A stretch of 64,000 nt of DNA. Origin: an uncultured Anaerolinea sp. GTDB lineage: Bacteria > Chloroflexota > Anaerolineae > Anaerolineales > UBA4823. The stretch lies in the NCBI GenBank assembly GCA_964531975.1, contig CAZHFU010000011.1, positions 36,233-100,232 on the forward strand. The letters are read 5' to 3'. Below are positions 52,896-61,983 of the stretch, piece by piece. How positions within the stretch are numbered: the stretch's first letter is position 1; each line of letters opens with the position of its first letter. The position numbers and the translations under genes are program-made. A model generated the notes under the pieces. That model saw only the letters and a list, made by a program, of their open reading frames with translations. It ran no database searches and was not told the origin of the DNA.

Positions 52896-54836
52896 TTAGC
52901 GCAATGCTTCTACGCAGGCTGCCAGGCTTTGCCCGTCTCCATCCTCCGCTCCGAAAACTACCGTGTATAAGCGATAATCGAAATGAGCAGCAAACCCCCA
53001 CGGGGCAGGTGTTTCAAAGCGCACCCCGCTTACCGGCAGCATGCCTACCCCGTATGTCGTGATCCAACTTTCTGCCTCGGGCAGATCTTCCACATACGGC
53101 GAGATAATGACCCCATTATTCACAATCGGCGTGATGGCGCGCCATCTCTGATTTTGCTCACCGGCCCGGCGCACAACTACCTTCAACATCGGCGGCTGGT
53201 AGAAGATCCGCGCCAGCGTGCCCGGCAAACTGTAGCGGATGGATGGGCGCAGGATCACCATCCCGGATTTCTTTGGAATGGATAGCATCCGGTCAAACGG
53301 TATTGTTTCCTCGGCTATCTGATGTACCTGGCAGGGCAGGGCTTTGGGCCGCCGTTCCAACAGCAAATAACGCTCGGTACGATCGACGATCTGGTAATGC
53401 GCTAAAATTGCCAGCTTGGTTTTGGTTTCGGTAAAGAATGGATGGCGATCATCAATATCCCCAACTGAGAAGATCAGGAATTGAGGCGCGCTTGAGCCGG
53501 CGTATTTCTCGAAATTAATTTTGTCAAGGTAAGAGTCGTAGGTGGTCAGAGTCTGGAACATCGGGCGCGGATTGTAATTTAACCCATACAGATAGACCAG
53601 GTAAATATCGATGGGCGCAACATCTACGCCACTCTGTCCAATGCGCTCGATAAATCGCACTGGTAGGGGCGCGTCGGCGCCAGATTTTGGTATAGACCGC
53701 GCTTCGGGGCGCAGACTGGGATTAATCAGCATGGCGGCGTACTGGGTGGATTGGCTCAGGCGCATCTGGAAGAAGCTGGGGGTCAGCTCAGCCAGATGTG
53801 GCAAAGAGAACAGCAGCGCCAATAAGAAGACGACCAGGCTCTGACGCTGCTGTTTGACGGTGAGAAACAGGGTGAGCAGGCGCAAGATGGGGGCCGAGGC
53901 ATAAAAGAAGCCGCGTGAATGTGTATCGGCGCGCACAAAGCTGTATTTGAAAGAGATAAATAGAATTAGCCCCGCCAGGGCAAAAACGACCGCCAGGTTG
54001 AAATTGCGCCACATGGCGCGTAGATTCCATAGACTGATCGCGATAAAAGCTCCCATCACCAGAAGGGCCGCGTAAAGGGTGGGCAGTGTTAGCGGGCCAA
54101 CCGGCAGGGCCATAGCGTCGTTATAGGGGCCGATGATATGCAGCGCGCCGATCAGGTAGCCGGGTAGATCAATTTTCAGCCACCATGCTAGAACGACCAG
54201 GCTCAGGATGTAGCCGCCCAGCCCAGCCAAAATCATCCGGCGGCGCAGCCCATGTGGGCGGAGCAGCAAATAACCTAAAAAGACTAAAAAGATAATTGCC
54301 ATTGGAATGCCTGGGTTTAACTTTACCAGCCACATGATGGCGCAGAGCACTCCAGCAGCCGCCAATGTCCAGGTTTTGCCGGTGGTCAGGAAATGGGCCA
54401 GGTCGAAGAATAACAGGAATAAGACCAGGATTTGCACCACTTCCGCATAGGGCCGCATGGCTCCCAATACCAGGATGGTTAGCAGCGCCAAGGCCAAACC
54501 CACGGCAGACCTTAAGGCGCGCGCCAGGTACACGATGACGGCCATGCAGTGCCCAAAAATCAGCCCATCGAACAGCACAATCATGGGTACAGAACTTCCA
54601 AAAGGCAGGCGCAATAATAAATAACTCAGCGGCCCATAATGAAAGACGATATCGCGTCCAAAGACAAAATGATTTTGAATGGCTAATCCCACCCCAATCG
54701 CCCACGAGCCATCCAACGAGAATCTGGGCAAACGAAGCAAAGTGTCGGGCAAGAACATCACCGCGCTCAAGAGCAGGGCAACCCTTAACAACCCCTTGAG
54801 CGGGCCTGAATTTATGGTCGGTTGGCTGGTGGACAT
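52896..54836 (-). CDS. large polytopic membrane protein; start uncertain
   Basis: About 646 aa from MSTSQPT with many TM helices. The longer track start would overlap the divergent + strand promoter. TATAAT lies 6 nt upstream of ATG 54836. Confidence 0.5.
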   Translation of the reverse strand: MSTSQPTINSGPLKGLLRVALLLSAVMFLPDTLLRLPRFSLDGSWAIGVGLAIQNHFVFGRDIVFHYGPLSYLLLRLPFGSSVPMIVLFDGLIFGHCMAVIVYLARALRSAVGLALALLTILVLGAMRPYAEVVQILVLFLLFFDLAHFLTTGKTWTLAAAGVLCAIMWLVKLNPGIPMAIIFLVFLGYLLLRPHGLRRRMILAGLGGYILSLVVLAWWLKIDLPGYLIGALHIIGPYNDAMALPVGPLTLPTLYAALLVMGAFIAISLWNLRAMWRNFNLAVVFALAGLILFISFKYSFVRADTHSRGFFYASAPILRLLTLFLTVKQQRQSLVVFLLALLFSLPHLAELTPSFFQMRLSQSTQYAAMLINPSLRPEARSIPKSGADAPLPVRFIERIGQSGVDVAPIDIYLVYLYGLNYNPRPMFQTLTTYDSYLDKINFEKYAGSSAPQFLIFSVGDIDDRHPFFTETKTKLAILAHYQIVDRTERYLLLERRPKALPCQVHQIAEETIPFDRMLSIPKKSGMVILRPSIRYSLPGTLARIFYQPPMLKVVVRRAGEQNQRWRAITPIVNNGVIISPYVEDLPEAESWITTYGVGMLPVSGVRFETPAPWGFAAHFDYRLYTVVFGAEDGDGQSLAACVEALR

Positions 54837-54890
54837 GCGGCGATTATACTCGCTTCCAGAGCAGCGCCGGCCCTGCCAGCAAAATCCTTT

Positions 54891-54919
54891 TTGACAAATC
54901 CACTCTTCCATGCTACAAT
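54891..54919 (+). promoter_or_regulatory. strong promoter of the rnj leader
   Basis: TTGACA, 17 nt spacer, TGcTACAAT. Confidence 0.6.
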
Positions 54920-54946
54920 CATTCTGGTTGGCAAGGAAGTTTGATT

Positions 54947-55015
54947 ATGTACCGATTGAAAAGCATTTCGCAGTCCCGGCCGACGGAACTTTGTTGGGCC
55001 GGGCTGTTTTGTTAA
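54947..55015 (+). CDS. possible 22-aa leader peptide
   Basis: AAGGAAG 7 nt before the ATG. MYRLKSISQSRPTELCWAGLFC. The ORF runs through the first leader hairpin. Confidence 0.3.
   Translation: MYRLKSISQSRPTELCWAGLFC
54971..55013 (+). terminator. leader hairpin 1 with T-tail
   Basis: CAG(T)CCCGGCC / GGCCGGGCTG, 10-bp stem with one bulge, followed by TTTTGTT. Confidence 0.55.
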
Positions 55016-55032
55016 TTAGTTGAGACACATTT

Positions 55033-55056
55033 AACCAGGCCCCGCCTGGTTTTTTA
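55033..55056 (+). terminator. leader hairpin 2 with T-tail
   Basis: AACCAGG-CCCCG-CCTGGTT followed by TTTTT, 20 nt before the rnj ATG. Confidence 0.55.
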
Positions 55057-55075
55057 TAAGGAAGAATAGAGAGTT

Positions 55076-56719
55076 ATGAGTCAGAGAAAGTTACGCATTG
55101 TCCCCTTGGGTGGCCTCGGGGAAGTCGGCAAGAACATGATGGCCTACGAATATGGCGAGAATATCCTCGTGGTAGACGCCGGCTTGATGTTTCCCGACAA
55201 TGATATGTTGGGGATCGATTATATTATCCCCGATTTCCAGTACCTGCTGGATAGGGCCGATTGGGTGCGCGGCATTGTCATCACCCATGGGCACGAAGAC
55301 CACACCGGAGCGATTGCCCACCTGGTGGACAAGATTCCCGCTCCCATTTACGCTACCCCGCTGACGCGCGGGTTCGTCGAATCGAAGCTTAGCCGCAGCG
55401 GGCTGGTTAACAAAGTCCGTCTGCACACCATCCAAGCGGGCGATACCGCCTGGATTGGCCCGTTCCAGGTGGAGTTTTTCCACGTTTGCCACTCCATCCC
55501 CGATGGGGTGGGCCTGGGCATTACTACCCCCGCCGGCCTGGTAATTCACACCGGTGACTATAAGTTTGACCAAACGCCTGTAGACGGTTGGCCGACCGAC
55601 TACGCCAAGCTGGCCGAGATGTCGAGCCGTGGCGTGTTGGCGCTGCTGGCCGATTCGACCAACGCCGATCGACCGGGTTGGACTCCCTCCGAAAGGGTGA
55701 TCGACGCCGCTTTTCGGGAAGTGTTCCGCAAAGCGCCCGGCCGCATCATCATCGCCAGTTTTGCTTCGCTGGTGTCGCGTATGCAGCAGGTGGGCAACGC
55801 CGCCCTTGAATATAAGCGCAAGATGGCCTTTGTGGGGTCGAGCATGGTGGAAAACGCCAAGATCGCCCGCAAGCTGGGCTATCTGGATTTGCCGGACGAC
55901 TTGATCGTCCCACTCGACCAGGCGCTGAAAATGCCCGCGCACGAGGTTGTGCTGATGTCAACCGGCACACAGGGCGAGCCAACCTCTATTATCGGGCGGC
56001 TTTCCATGGGCGCCAACAACAGCTTCGACCTGATGGCCGGTGATACGGTGGTGCTGTCATCGCATCCCATCCCCGGCAACGAGGAGAGCGTTTACCGCAC
56101 TATCAACCGTTTGTACCGGCGCGGGGCCAACGTGATCTACGAAAACATCGCCCCGGTGCATGTTTCAGGTCACGCCAGCCAGGAAGAAATGAAGCTGCTG
56201 CTGCACCTGGTGAAGCCCAAGTACTTTGTGCCCATTCACGGCGAGCTGCGCCACCTCAAGCAGCACGCTAACCTGGCGCGCCAGGTGGGCATTCCAGACG
56301 AGAACATCGCCGTAATCGAAAATGGGTGTATCGTGGAATTTGACGACGGTGTGATGAACCTGGGCGAGCGATTGCCCGGCAGCTATGTGTTTGTGGACGG
56401 CGCCGGTGTGGGCGATATTGGCCCCGACGAAATGCGCGAGCGCGAAGCCTTGGCTTCCGATGGGGTGGTGTTAGTTAACCTTACCCTGAACCCGCATCAG
56501 CGCGTGCTGCTGCAAGAGCCGGAAATCATCACGCGTGGCTTCATCCAAAATCGCGCCGGCGATGATCTTTTGGATGCAGCCCGCCACATGATTACCCAGG
56601 CGGTGAAAAACAGCACCAACGGCAATCTGCAAAAAGACTTGGAACAGGCGGTGAAGTCGTTCCTGTTTAATCGCACCAAACGGCGACCTATGGTGTTTAT
56701 CACATTGAGCAGAGGTTAG
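55076..56719 (+). CDS. rnj: ribonuclease J
   Basis: LRIVPLGGLGEVGKNM N-terminus. HGHEDH metallo-beta-lactamase motif. Beta-CASP size (547 aa). Confidence 0.93.
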   Translation: MSQRKLRIVPLGGLGEVGKNMMAYEYGENILVVDAGLMFPDNDMLGIDYIIPDFQYLLDRADWVRGIVITHGHEDHTGAIAHLVDKIPAPIYATPLTRGFVESKLSRSGLVNKVRLHTIQAGDTAWIGPFQVEFFHVCHSIPDGVGLGITTPAGLVIHTGDYKFDQTPVDGWPTDYAKLAEMSSRGVLALLADSTNADRPGWTPSERVIDAAFREVFRKAPGRIIIASFASLVSRMQQVGNAALEYKRKMAFVGSSMVENAKIARKLGYLDLPDDLIVPLDQALKMPAHEVVLMSTGTQGEPTSIIGRLSMGANNSFDLMAGDTVVLSSHPIPGNEESVYRTINRLYRRGANVIYENIAPVHVSGHASQEEMKLLLHLVKPKYFVPIHGELRHLKQHANLARQVGIPDENIAVIENGCIVEFDDGVMNLGERLPGSYVFVDGAGVGDIGPDEMREREALASDGVVLVNLTLNPHQRVLLQEPEIITRGFIQNRAGDDLLDAARHMITQAVKNSTNGNLQKDLEQAVKSFLFNRTKRRPMVFITLSRG

Positions 56720-56780
56720 CAATTTTTGAATGAAGGGTTGTCCTGAACGGGGCAGCCCTTTATTCTTTAAGTGACCCGCT

Positions 56781-57623
56781 ATGAACGGCGTTTTATATGG
56801 TTTGTTGGCAGCGTTAGCGTGGGGCTGCTCTGATTTTACTGGCGGAGCGGTCACGCGCAAACATTCCCCCATCCAGGTTATGTTAGTTATTTCCTTTACC
56901 GGAGCCATCGCGTTGGGCGGCCTGGCCGTGGCGAGCGGTGAAGGCCGGCTGACCGCGGAAGAAATTGCCTGGGCCACAGGGGCGGGAATATGCGGCGGGC
57001 TGGGCCTGGCCTTATTCTACGCCGCCCTGGCGGTGGGGCCGGCCGGGCTGGTGGCGCCGATTGCGGGGGTCGTTGGGGCGGCTTTGCCGGTGGTGTTGAC
57101 GATTTTCGGGCAAGGGTGGCCGGGCGCGATGGCTGGAGGCGGGCTGCTGTTGGGCCTGGCGGGCATCTGGCTGGCATCGAGCGCGCCGGAGGAGGCGCAT
57201 GCCGTGAGGCGGCGAACCCGCTCCGTGGGGCAGGCCATCGCCGCCGGGGTGCTGTTTGGGCTGTTTTTAGCTACCATTGGACGGGCCAGCACCCACTTGG
57301 TGTTTATGCCGCTGATGGTATCCAAGCTGGCCTCGAGCGGGGCGGCGATGCTGCTGCTGGGGTTTCAACGCCCTCCCTTACCGGCCCTGCGCCTGTTGCC
57401 CCTGGCTTTGCTAGGCGGGATGTTAGATGTGGCCGGGGATCTGTTTTACGTGTGGGCGCAGCAAAACACCCGCATGGATATTGCCGTTACCATCGCGTCG
57501 ATGTATCCGGTGGCGACGGTGGTGTTGGCGATGCTGATTTACCGCGAGCGCCCGGCCATGCGCCAGGCTGCCGGGGCGTTGATGTGCCTGGCAGCCTTAG
57601 TTCTGATTGTGCAATCTTCTTAG
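56781..57623 (+). CDS. EamA/DMT family transporter
   Basis: 280 aa, 10 TM helices, duplicated EamA-like halves. Confidence 0.8.
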   Translation: MNGVLYGLLAALAWGCSDFTGGAVTRKHSPIQVMLVISFTGAIALGGLAVASGEGRLTAEEIAWATGAGICGGLGLALFYAALAVGPAGLVAPIAGVVGAALPVVLTIFGQGWPGAMAGGGLLLGLAGIWLASSAPEEAHAVRRRTRSVGQAIAAGVLFGLFLATIGRASTHLVFMPLMVSKLASSGAAMLLLGFQRPPLPALRLLPLALLGGMLDVAGDLFYVWAQQNTRMDIAVTIASMYPVATVVLAMLIYRERPAMRQAAGALMCLAALVLIVQSS

Positions 57624-57633
57624 AAGGATATAT

Positions 57634-58611
57634 ATGCTCACCCCCCTTAGCCTGCCGCTTGAAACCACCGATTGGAAGCGTTTATTCCAGCCCTACGCGC
57701 ATTACCTGGCCGTGGCGTCTTTTTTCGCAGGCCGCACCCCCGGTCGAATTTACGCCGATGCGCCGGAGGAGCCGCGCCTGGCATTGGTCAACTTTAAATT
57801 TCATGTCATCCTGGCCGGGCGGGCTGAAGCGGCATCCGCCCAAATGGTGGCCGAAACCCTGGCCCACGCCGTGCTGCCACGGGCGCTAGCAGATGGTTGG
57901 AAAGTGATAATGCTGCACGTTGATTCGCCCGACTGGTTGGCCTATCTGCCCATCTTATTCCCCGGTCGCGAAGCCGGTATATACCTGCGTTCCTATTTCG
58001 CCGCTACGCATCTGGCGTCCGCAGGCGCGCTGCCATCAGATGCGATGTCTGTACACGCAACCCACAACTGGCGTACGCCGCCGGCTGTCCCGTCCACCGA
58101 CGCCACATCCCTGGGCGTGACATCCGACCGGGGCACGCCGCCCGCAGGTACGCCGCCGGCAGGCGCTGCGCCCGCAGATGCGCCGCGCTTGCAGACGCCG
58201 CCCGGCATTGATCTGTTGCCGGCGAATGCAGCCGCGTTAGCGCGCCTCAACCCGGACGGCGCGGCTGCGTTGAGCGAGGAAATGTGTTCCGAACGTGTGA
58301 GCGTGGAAGATTTTCTGGCGCAAAGCTTTGGTGTGTGCCTGGCGGAAGGCGATGAATTGGTGGGCTTTTGCCTGAGCGAATATAACCTGGATGGTTGCTG
58401 CGAAGTGGGCGTGGGCGTGGCCGAAGCCTACCGCCGGCGGGGCTTGGGGACGCTGCTCACCCAGGCCCTGCTCGACGCCGCCCACCTGCGCGGGGTGCAC
58501 ACCGTTGGCTGGCACTGCTGGAAGACCAACCAGGCCTCCGCCGCCCTGGCGCGAAAAGCGGGTCTTGAATGGGTGAAAGATTTTCCCGTGGCCATGATCG
58601 ATTTAGATTAA
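57634..58611 (+). CDS. GNAT family N-acetyltransferase with an N-terminal extension
   Basis: GAAGGA 6 nt before the ATG. C-terminal VGVAEAYRRRGLGTLLTQALL...NQASAALARKAGL. Confidence 0.65.
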   Translation: MLTPLSLPLETTDWKRLFQPYAHYLAVASFFAGRTPGRIYADAPEEPRLALVNFKFHVILAGRAEAASAQMVAETLAHAVLPRALADGWKVIMLHVDSPDWLAYLPILFPGREAGIYLRSYFAATHLASAGALPSDAMSVHATHNWRTPPAVPSTDATSLGVTSDRGTPPAGTPPAGAAPADAPRLQTPPGIDLLPANAAALARLNPDGAAALSEEMCSERVSVEDFLAQSFGVCLAEGDELVGFCLSEYNLDGCCEVGVGVAEAYRRRGLGTLLTQALLDAAHLRGVHTVGWHCWKTNQASAALARKAGLEWVKDFPVAMIDLD

Positions 58612-58629
58612 CCCCGCGCCGGGGGGCGA

Positions 58630-59286
58630 TTATGGCGTATCCGACCAGCCTTGCGCGCCGGTGAGCGGTACAAACACCACCGGAATCAAGTCTTCATGCT
58701 CGAAAACTTCGCCGTGGCGTCGCCAACGCTGCAGCACCTGCCCGCCCAGGTTTCCTACGGGTAAGACTAAACGCCCGCCTTCGGCTAACTGCGCCAGCAA
58801 GGCCTGGGGAACGTGCGGCGCTCCGGCTGCCACCAGGATGGCGTTGTAGGGGGCATAGGCGGGCAGACCCAGCGACCCATCACCCACATGCACTGTCACA
58901 TTATGATAGCCTAGCTCATCCAGGCGGGCCTGGGCGACGTGCGCCAGGTTGGGGCGGCGCTCGATGGTGTGCACCTCCGCCGCCAACGGACTGAGTACCG
59001 CGGCCTGGTAGCCCGACCCCGTGCCCACGTCTAACACGCGCTCGTCGCTCTGCAGCTCCAAAAGCGCCGTCATCAGCGCCACCATATAAGGTTGGGAGAT
59101 GGTCTGCCCCTCGCCGATATCCAGCGCCCCGTCTTGATAGGCGTCGCTGCGGCGGTCGGGGGGAACGAACAGGTGGCGCGGGGTGCGGCGCATAGCGTTG
59201 AGCACGGCTTCGTTAACCACGCCCCGCCGCCGGATCTGACGCTCGACCATCTCCAAGCGTTCAGCCAGGTCATCAGAAGGTTTCAT
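58630..59286 (-). CDS. pcm: protein-L-isoaspartate O-methyltransferase
   Basis: PRHLFVP, TISQPYMVA and VLDVGTGSGYQAAVL. Confidence 0.9.
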   Translation of the reverse strand: MKPSDDLAERLEMVERQIRRRGVVNEAVLNAMRRTPRHLFVPPDRRSDAYQDGALDIGEGQTISQPYMVALMTALLELQSDERVLDVGTGSGYQAAVLSPLAAEVHTIERRPNLAHVAQARLDELGYHNVTVHVGDGSLGLPAYAPYNAILVAAGAPHVPQALLAQLAEGGRLVLPVGNLGGQVLQRWRRHGEVFEHEDLIPVVFVPLTGAQGWSDTP

Positions 59287-60278
59287 ATCTGCTCCCTCAA
59301 GGCTTTCCAGAAAGCGTCGCGCTGGGCGGGGACGAACGGCAGGTACAGCGCCAGGCGGTCGGCCAGGCCGGAGTAACGCGCTTTCAGGCGGGCGGCCAGG
59401 TTGGCTTCATCGCTCACCACGGCGAAGCTGTGCAGCATTTCATCGCTAATCAGCGCCGGCATATCGGCCCATTTATTTTGCTGCACCAAAGCCGACAGTT
59501 TTTCAGCGGTTTCGCTCCAACCGTGTAAAGCCATCACCGCCCGGTAGGAGGGCGTGGAGGCGTAGAAGGCAATTTGCGAGCGCACGAACAAGTCTTCTTG
59601 CGGGGAGGTGACCACGAAAGCGGTGACAGACATCTGCAGGGCGCCGCGTTCCCGCCCCGATTTCTCCAGCCCTTGGTTAATCGCCGGCAGGATCACTTCT
59701 TGCAGGTAGGCGGCGGTGTGGAAGGGATGCACCATAAAGCCATCGCCCACCTCGCCGGCCAGGCGCGCCAGGCCAGTATTCACCCCGGCAATATAGATCG
59801 GGATGTTGGGATGGGCAATTGGCCCTGGGTTAAAGAAGGGGGTCATCAGGGTGAGCTTATAATACTCGCCGCGCACGTCCAGGGGAACGCCGTTTTGCCA
59901 GGCGTTCCAAAAGGCGCGCACCGCCTGCACCTGTTCGCGCAGCTTGCCCACCACCGAGGCGGGCCAGGCCATGCCAAAGCGCCGCTCAATGTGGGCTTTA
60001 ACCTGTGTGCCCAGCCCCAGGATGAAGCGCCCTTGCGAAGCCTGCGCCAGGTCCCAGGCGGTGTAGGCCAGGGTGGCCGGGCTGCGGGCGAAGGCGATGG
60101 CGACGGCGGTGCCGTAGTGGATGTGTTGAGTGTGTTCGGCAGTCAGCGCCCCCGGCAAGAAGGGGTCGTGGACGGTTTCGGTGGCCCACAGCGCGTCGAA
60201 GCCGGCGGCCTCGGCGGCGCGGGCAATTTTGGCTACGTCGGTTAATGGAGCCGGCGGCAGCGAAGCGTCTAGTTTCAT
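59283..60278 (-). CDS. luciferase-like (LLM class) flavin/F420-dependent oxidoreductase
   Basis: AAEAAGFDALWATETVHDPF...FILGLGTQVKAHIERRFG. Confidence 0.8.
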   Translation of the reverse strand: MKLDASLPPAPLTDVAKIARAAEAAGFDALWATETVHDPFLPGALTAEHTQHIHYGTAVAIAFARSPATLAYTAWDLAQASQGRFILGLGTQVKAHIERRFGMAWPASVVGKLREQVQAVRAFWNAWQNGVPLDVRGEYYKLTLMTPFFNPGPIAHPNIPIYIAGVNTGLARLAGEVGDGFMVHPFHTAAYLQEVILPAINQGLEKSGRERGALQMSVTAFVVTSPQEDLFVRSQIAFYASTPSYRAVMALHGWSETAEKLSALVQQNKWADMPALISDEMLHSFAVVSDEANLAARLKARYSGLADRLALYLPFVPAQRDAFWKALREQI

Positions 60279-60445
60279 CTATCCCTCCTTGGGTGTTGTC
60301 TGAGCCTGGCTGCGCTGCCTGGCCGGCGTCCCGCCGCCTGATGATCGCATGGCGATGGGGAGGCGGTTAGCTTAGCCGGCGAGCGTTCTGGTAAGGATGC
60401 AGCTTGCTTCATAGCTTGTCGGCAAGTGAAGCAAGCCGCCAGGCG

Positions 60446-61504
60446 CTAAGAAAGCAGATAGGCCATGATCCACTGGGTGGTGGCGACCAGGGCGCTGGTG
60501 TGGGTGCGCTCGTAGTTATGCGAGGCGTCTACCCCAGGCCCGATGAGCGCCACCGCCACATCGCCGCCGGCGCGCCAGTAGGCTTCGCCATCCGAAGCGT
60601 AATAGGGGTAAATATCCACCTTGTAATCGATGCCGTGCTGCTCGGCCAGGTCGCGCAGGCGATTGCTGAGGCCGTGGTGATAGGGGCCGCCGGAGTCTTT
60701 CACGCATAGGGTGGCGTGAGTCTCATCGGAGGTTTGCCCGTCGCCCACTGCCGCCATATCCACCGAGATCAGCTCGGTTAAGCTGTCGGGTAGACCGGCG
60801 GCTGCGCCGTGGCCCACTTCTTCGTAGTTGCTAATGTGGAAATAGGCGTCTTGGGTGGGGGTGAGGCCGGCGGTGTGTAAGCCGTGAATGGCAGCCGCCA
60901 GGCAGGCCACGCAGGCCTTATCATCCAGGAAGCGCGAACGCACAAAACCGTTGGTTAGTTCGACGCGTGGGTCGAAGGCGATGAAGTCGCCCACTTGAAT
61001 ACCCAGGTCACGGGTTTCGGCGGCGCTGTGGGTGAGGGCGTCCAGGCGCACCTCCATGTGTTCCTCGTTGCGAGGGCGGTCTTGGGCGTCTTTGCCGTAC
61101 ACATGCACCGAAGCGGCGTCGATGAGCAGTGAGCCGCGCACCGGATCGCCGCGGCGGGTGAAAACGGTGCAGCCCTCGCTTTCGACCCCCGGCAGCAGCA
61201 GCCCACCCAACCGGCTGATTTGCAAACGCCCGCTCGGTTTGATCTCTTTTACCATGGCCCCTAGTGTATCCACATGGGCGGTGAGGCCGCGTGGCGTAGT
61301 CGAATCACGGCCCAACCATTCAGCCAGCAGCGCCCCTTTGTTGTTGATGCTGAGGTTTAGTTGTGGAAATTGGCTGAAGGCTTGTCGGCAAAATTCGATG
61401 GCCTCTTCGGTGTAGCCGGTAGGGCTGGGGGTGTTAAGGAGATCGACCAGGAATTTGATCAGGTAATCGTTGTCAACGGTGGGAAGCGACATATTGAACT
61501 CCAA
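60446..61504 (-). CDS. M42 family aminopeptidase
   Basis: LLNTPSPTGYTEEA, AHVDTLGAMVKEI and the typical 350-aa size. Confidence 0.85.
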   Translation of the reverse strand: MEFNMSLPTVDNDYLIKFLVDLLNTPSPTGYTEEAIEFCRQAFSQFPQLNLSINNKGALLAEWLGRDSTTPRGLTAHVDTLGAMVKEIKPSGRLQISRLGGLLLPGVESEGCTVFTRRGDPVRGSLLIDAASVHVYGKDAQDRPRNEEHMEVRLDALTHSAAETRDLGIQVGDFIAFDPRVELTNGFVRSRFLDDKACVACLAAAIHGLHTAGLTPTQDAYFHISNYEEVGHGAAAGLPDSLTELISVDMAAVGDGQTSDETHATLCVKDSGGPYHHGLSNRLRDLAEQHGIDYKVDIYPYYASDGEAYWRAGGDVAVALIGPGVDASHNYERTHTSALVATTQWIMAYLLS

Positions 61505-61510
61505 TTTGAT

Positions 61511-61954
61511 TTATGGGGGTGAAAGATGCTCGAAGGCGGTGATGGCGCGACGCCAACCTGCGGGGATGGGGATGGTTTGATTATCGCGATAGGCATACGT
61601 GACCAAAACAGTGGATGCTTCGGCCAATACCTGCCCCGTATCGCAGTCCTCGAGCAGGTATTCCATCGTCAGGCTTTTGTTGCCTAAACGGGTGACGCCG
61701 GCCTTGACCTGCACCCGCTGCCCAAACAATGCGGCGGCGCGGAAGGTGATGTGCGCATCGGCCAGGATAATGCCGATATCGATGAAATCGCCGCTGGGCC
61801 ACAGCCCCAGGTTTTTGATATAGTGAATGCGGGCCTGCTCAAAATAGGTCAGGTAAACGGCGTTATTAACGTGGCCCTGGGGGTCCAGGTCGCCATAGCG
61901 AATTTCGATAGGATGACTAAAAGCGAAGGTGGACATAAGGTGATTATAAACCAT
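61511..61954 (-). CDS. acyl-CoA thioesterase (YbgC/4HBT family)
   Basis: IRYGDLDPQGHVNNAVYLTYFEQARIHY. Confidence 0.8.
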   Translation of the reverse strand: MVYNHLMSTFAFSHPIEIRYGDLDPQGHVNNAVYLTYFEQARIHYIKNLGLWPSGDFIDIGIILADAHITFRAAALFGQRVQVKAGVTRLGNKSLTMEYLLEDCDTGQVLAEASTVLVTYAYRDNQTIPIPAGWRRAITAFEHLSPP

Positions 61955-61983
61955 GCTTTGTGGATAAGGTATAATTGGCAGTT

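Noticed and set aside
60395-60440. A perfect 10-bp hairpin GCTTGCTTCA/TGAAGCAAGC downstream of the M42 peptidase gene, as a regulatory RNA.
   Set aside because: Its position and orientation fit a simple T-tail-less terminator between two co-oriented host genes. Nothing else distinguishes it.
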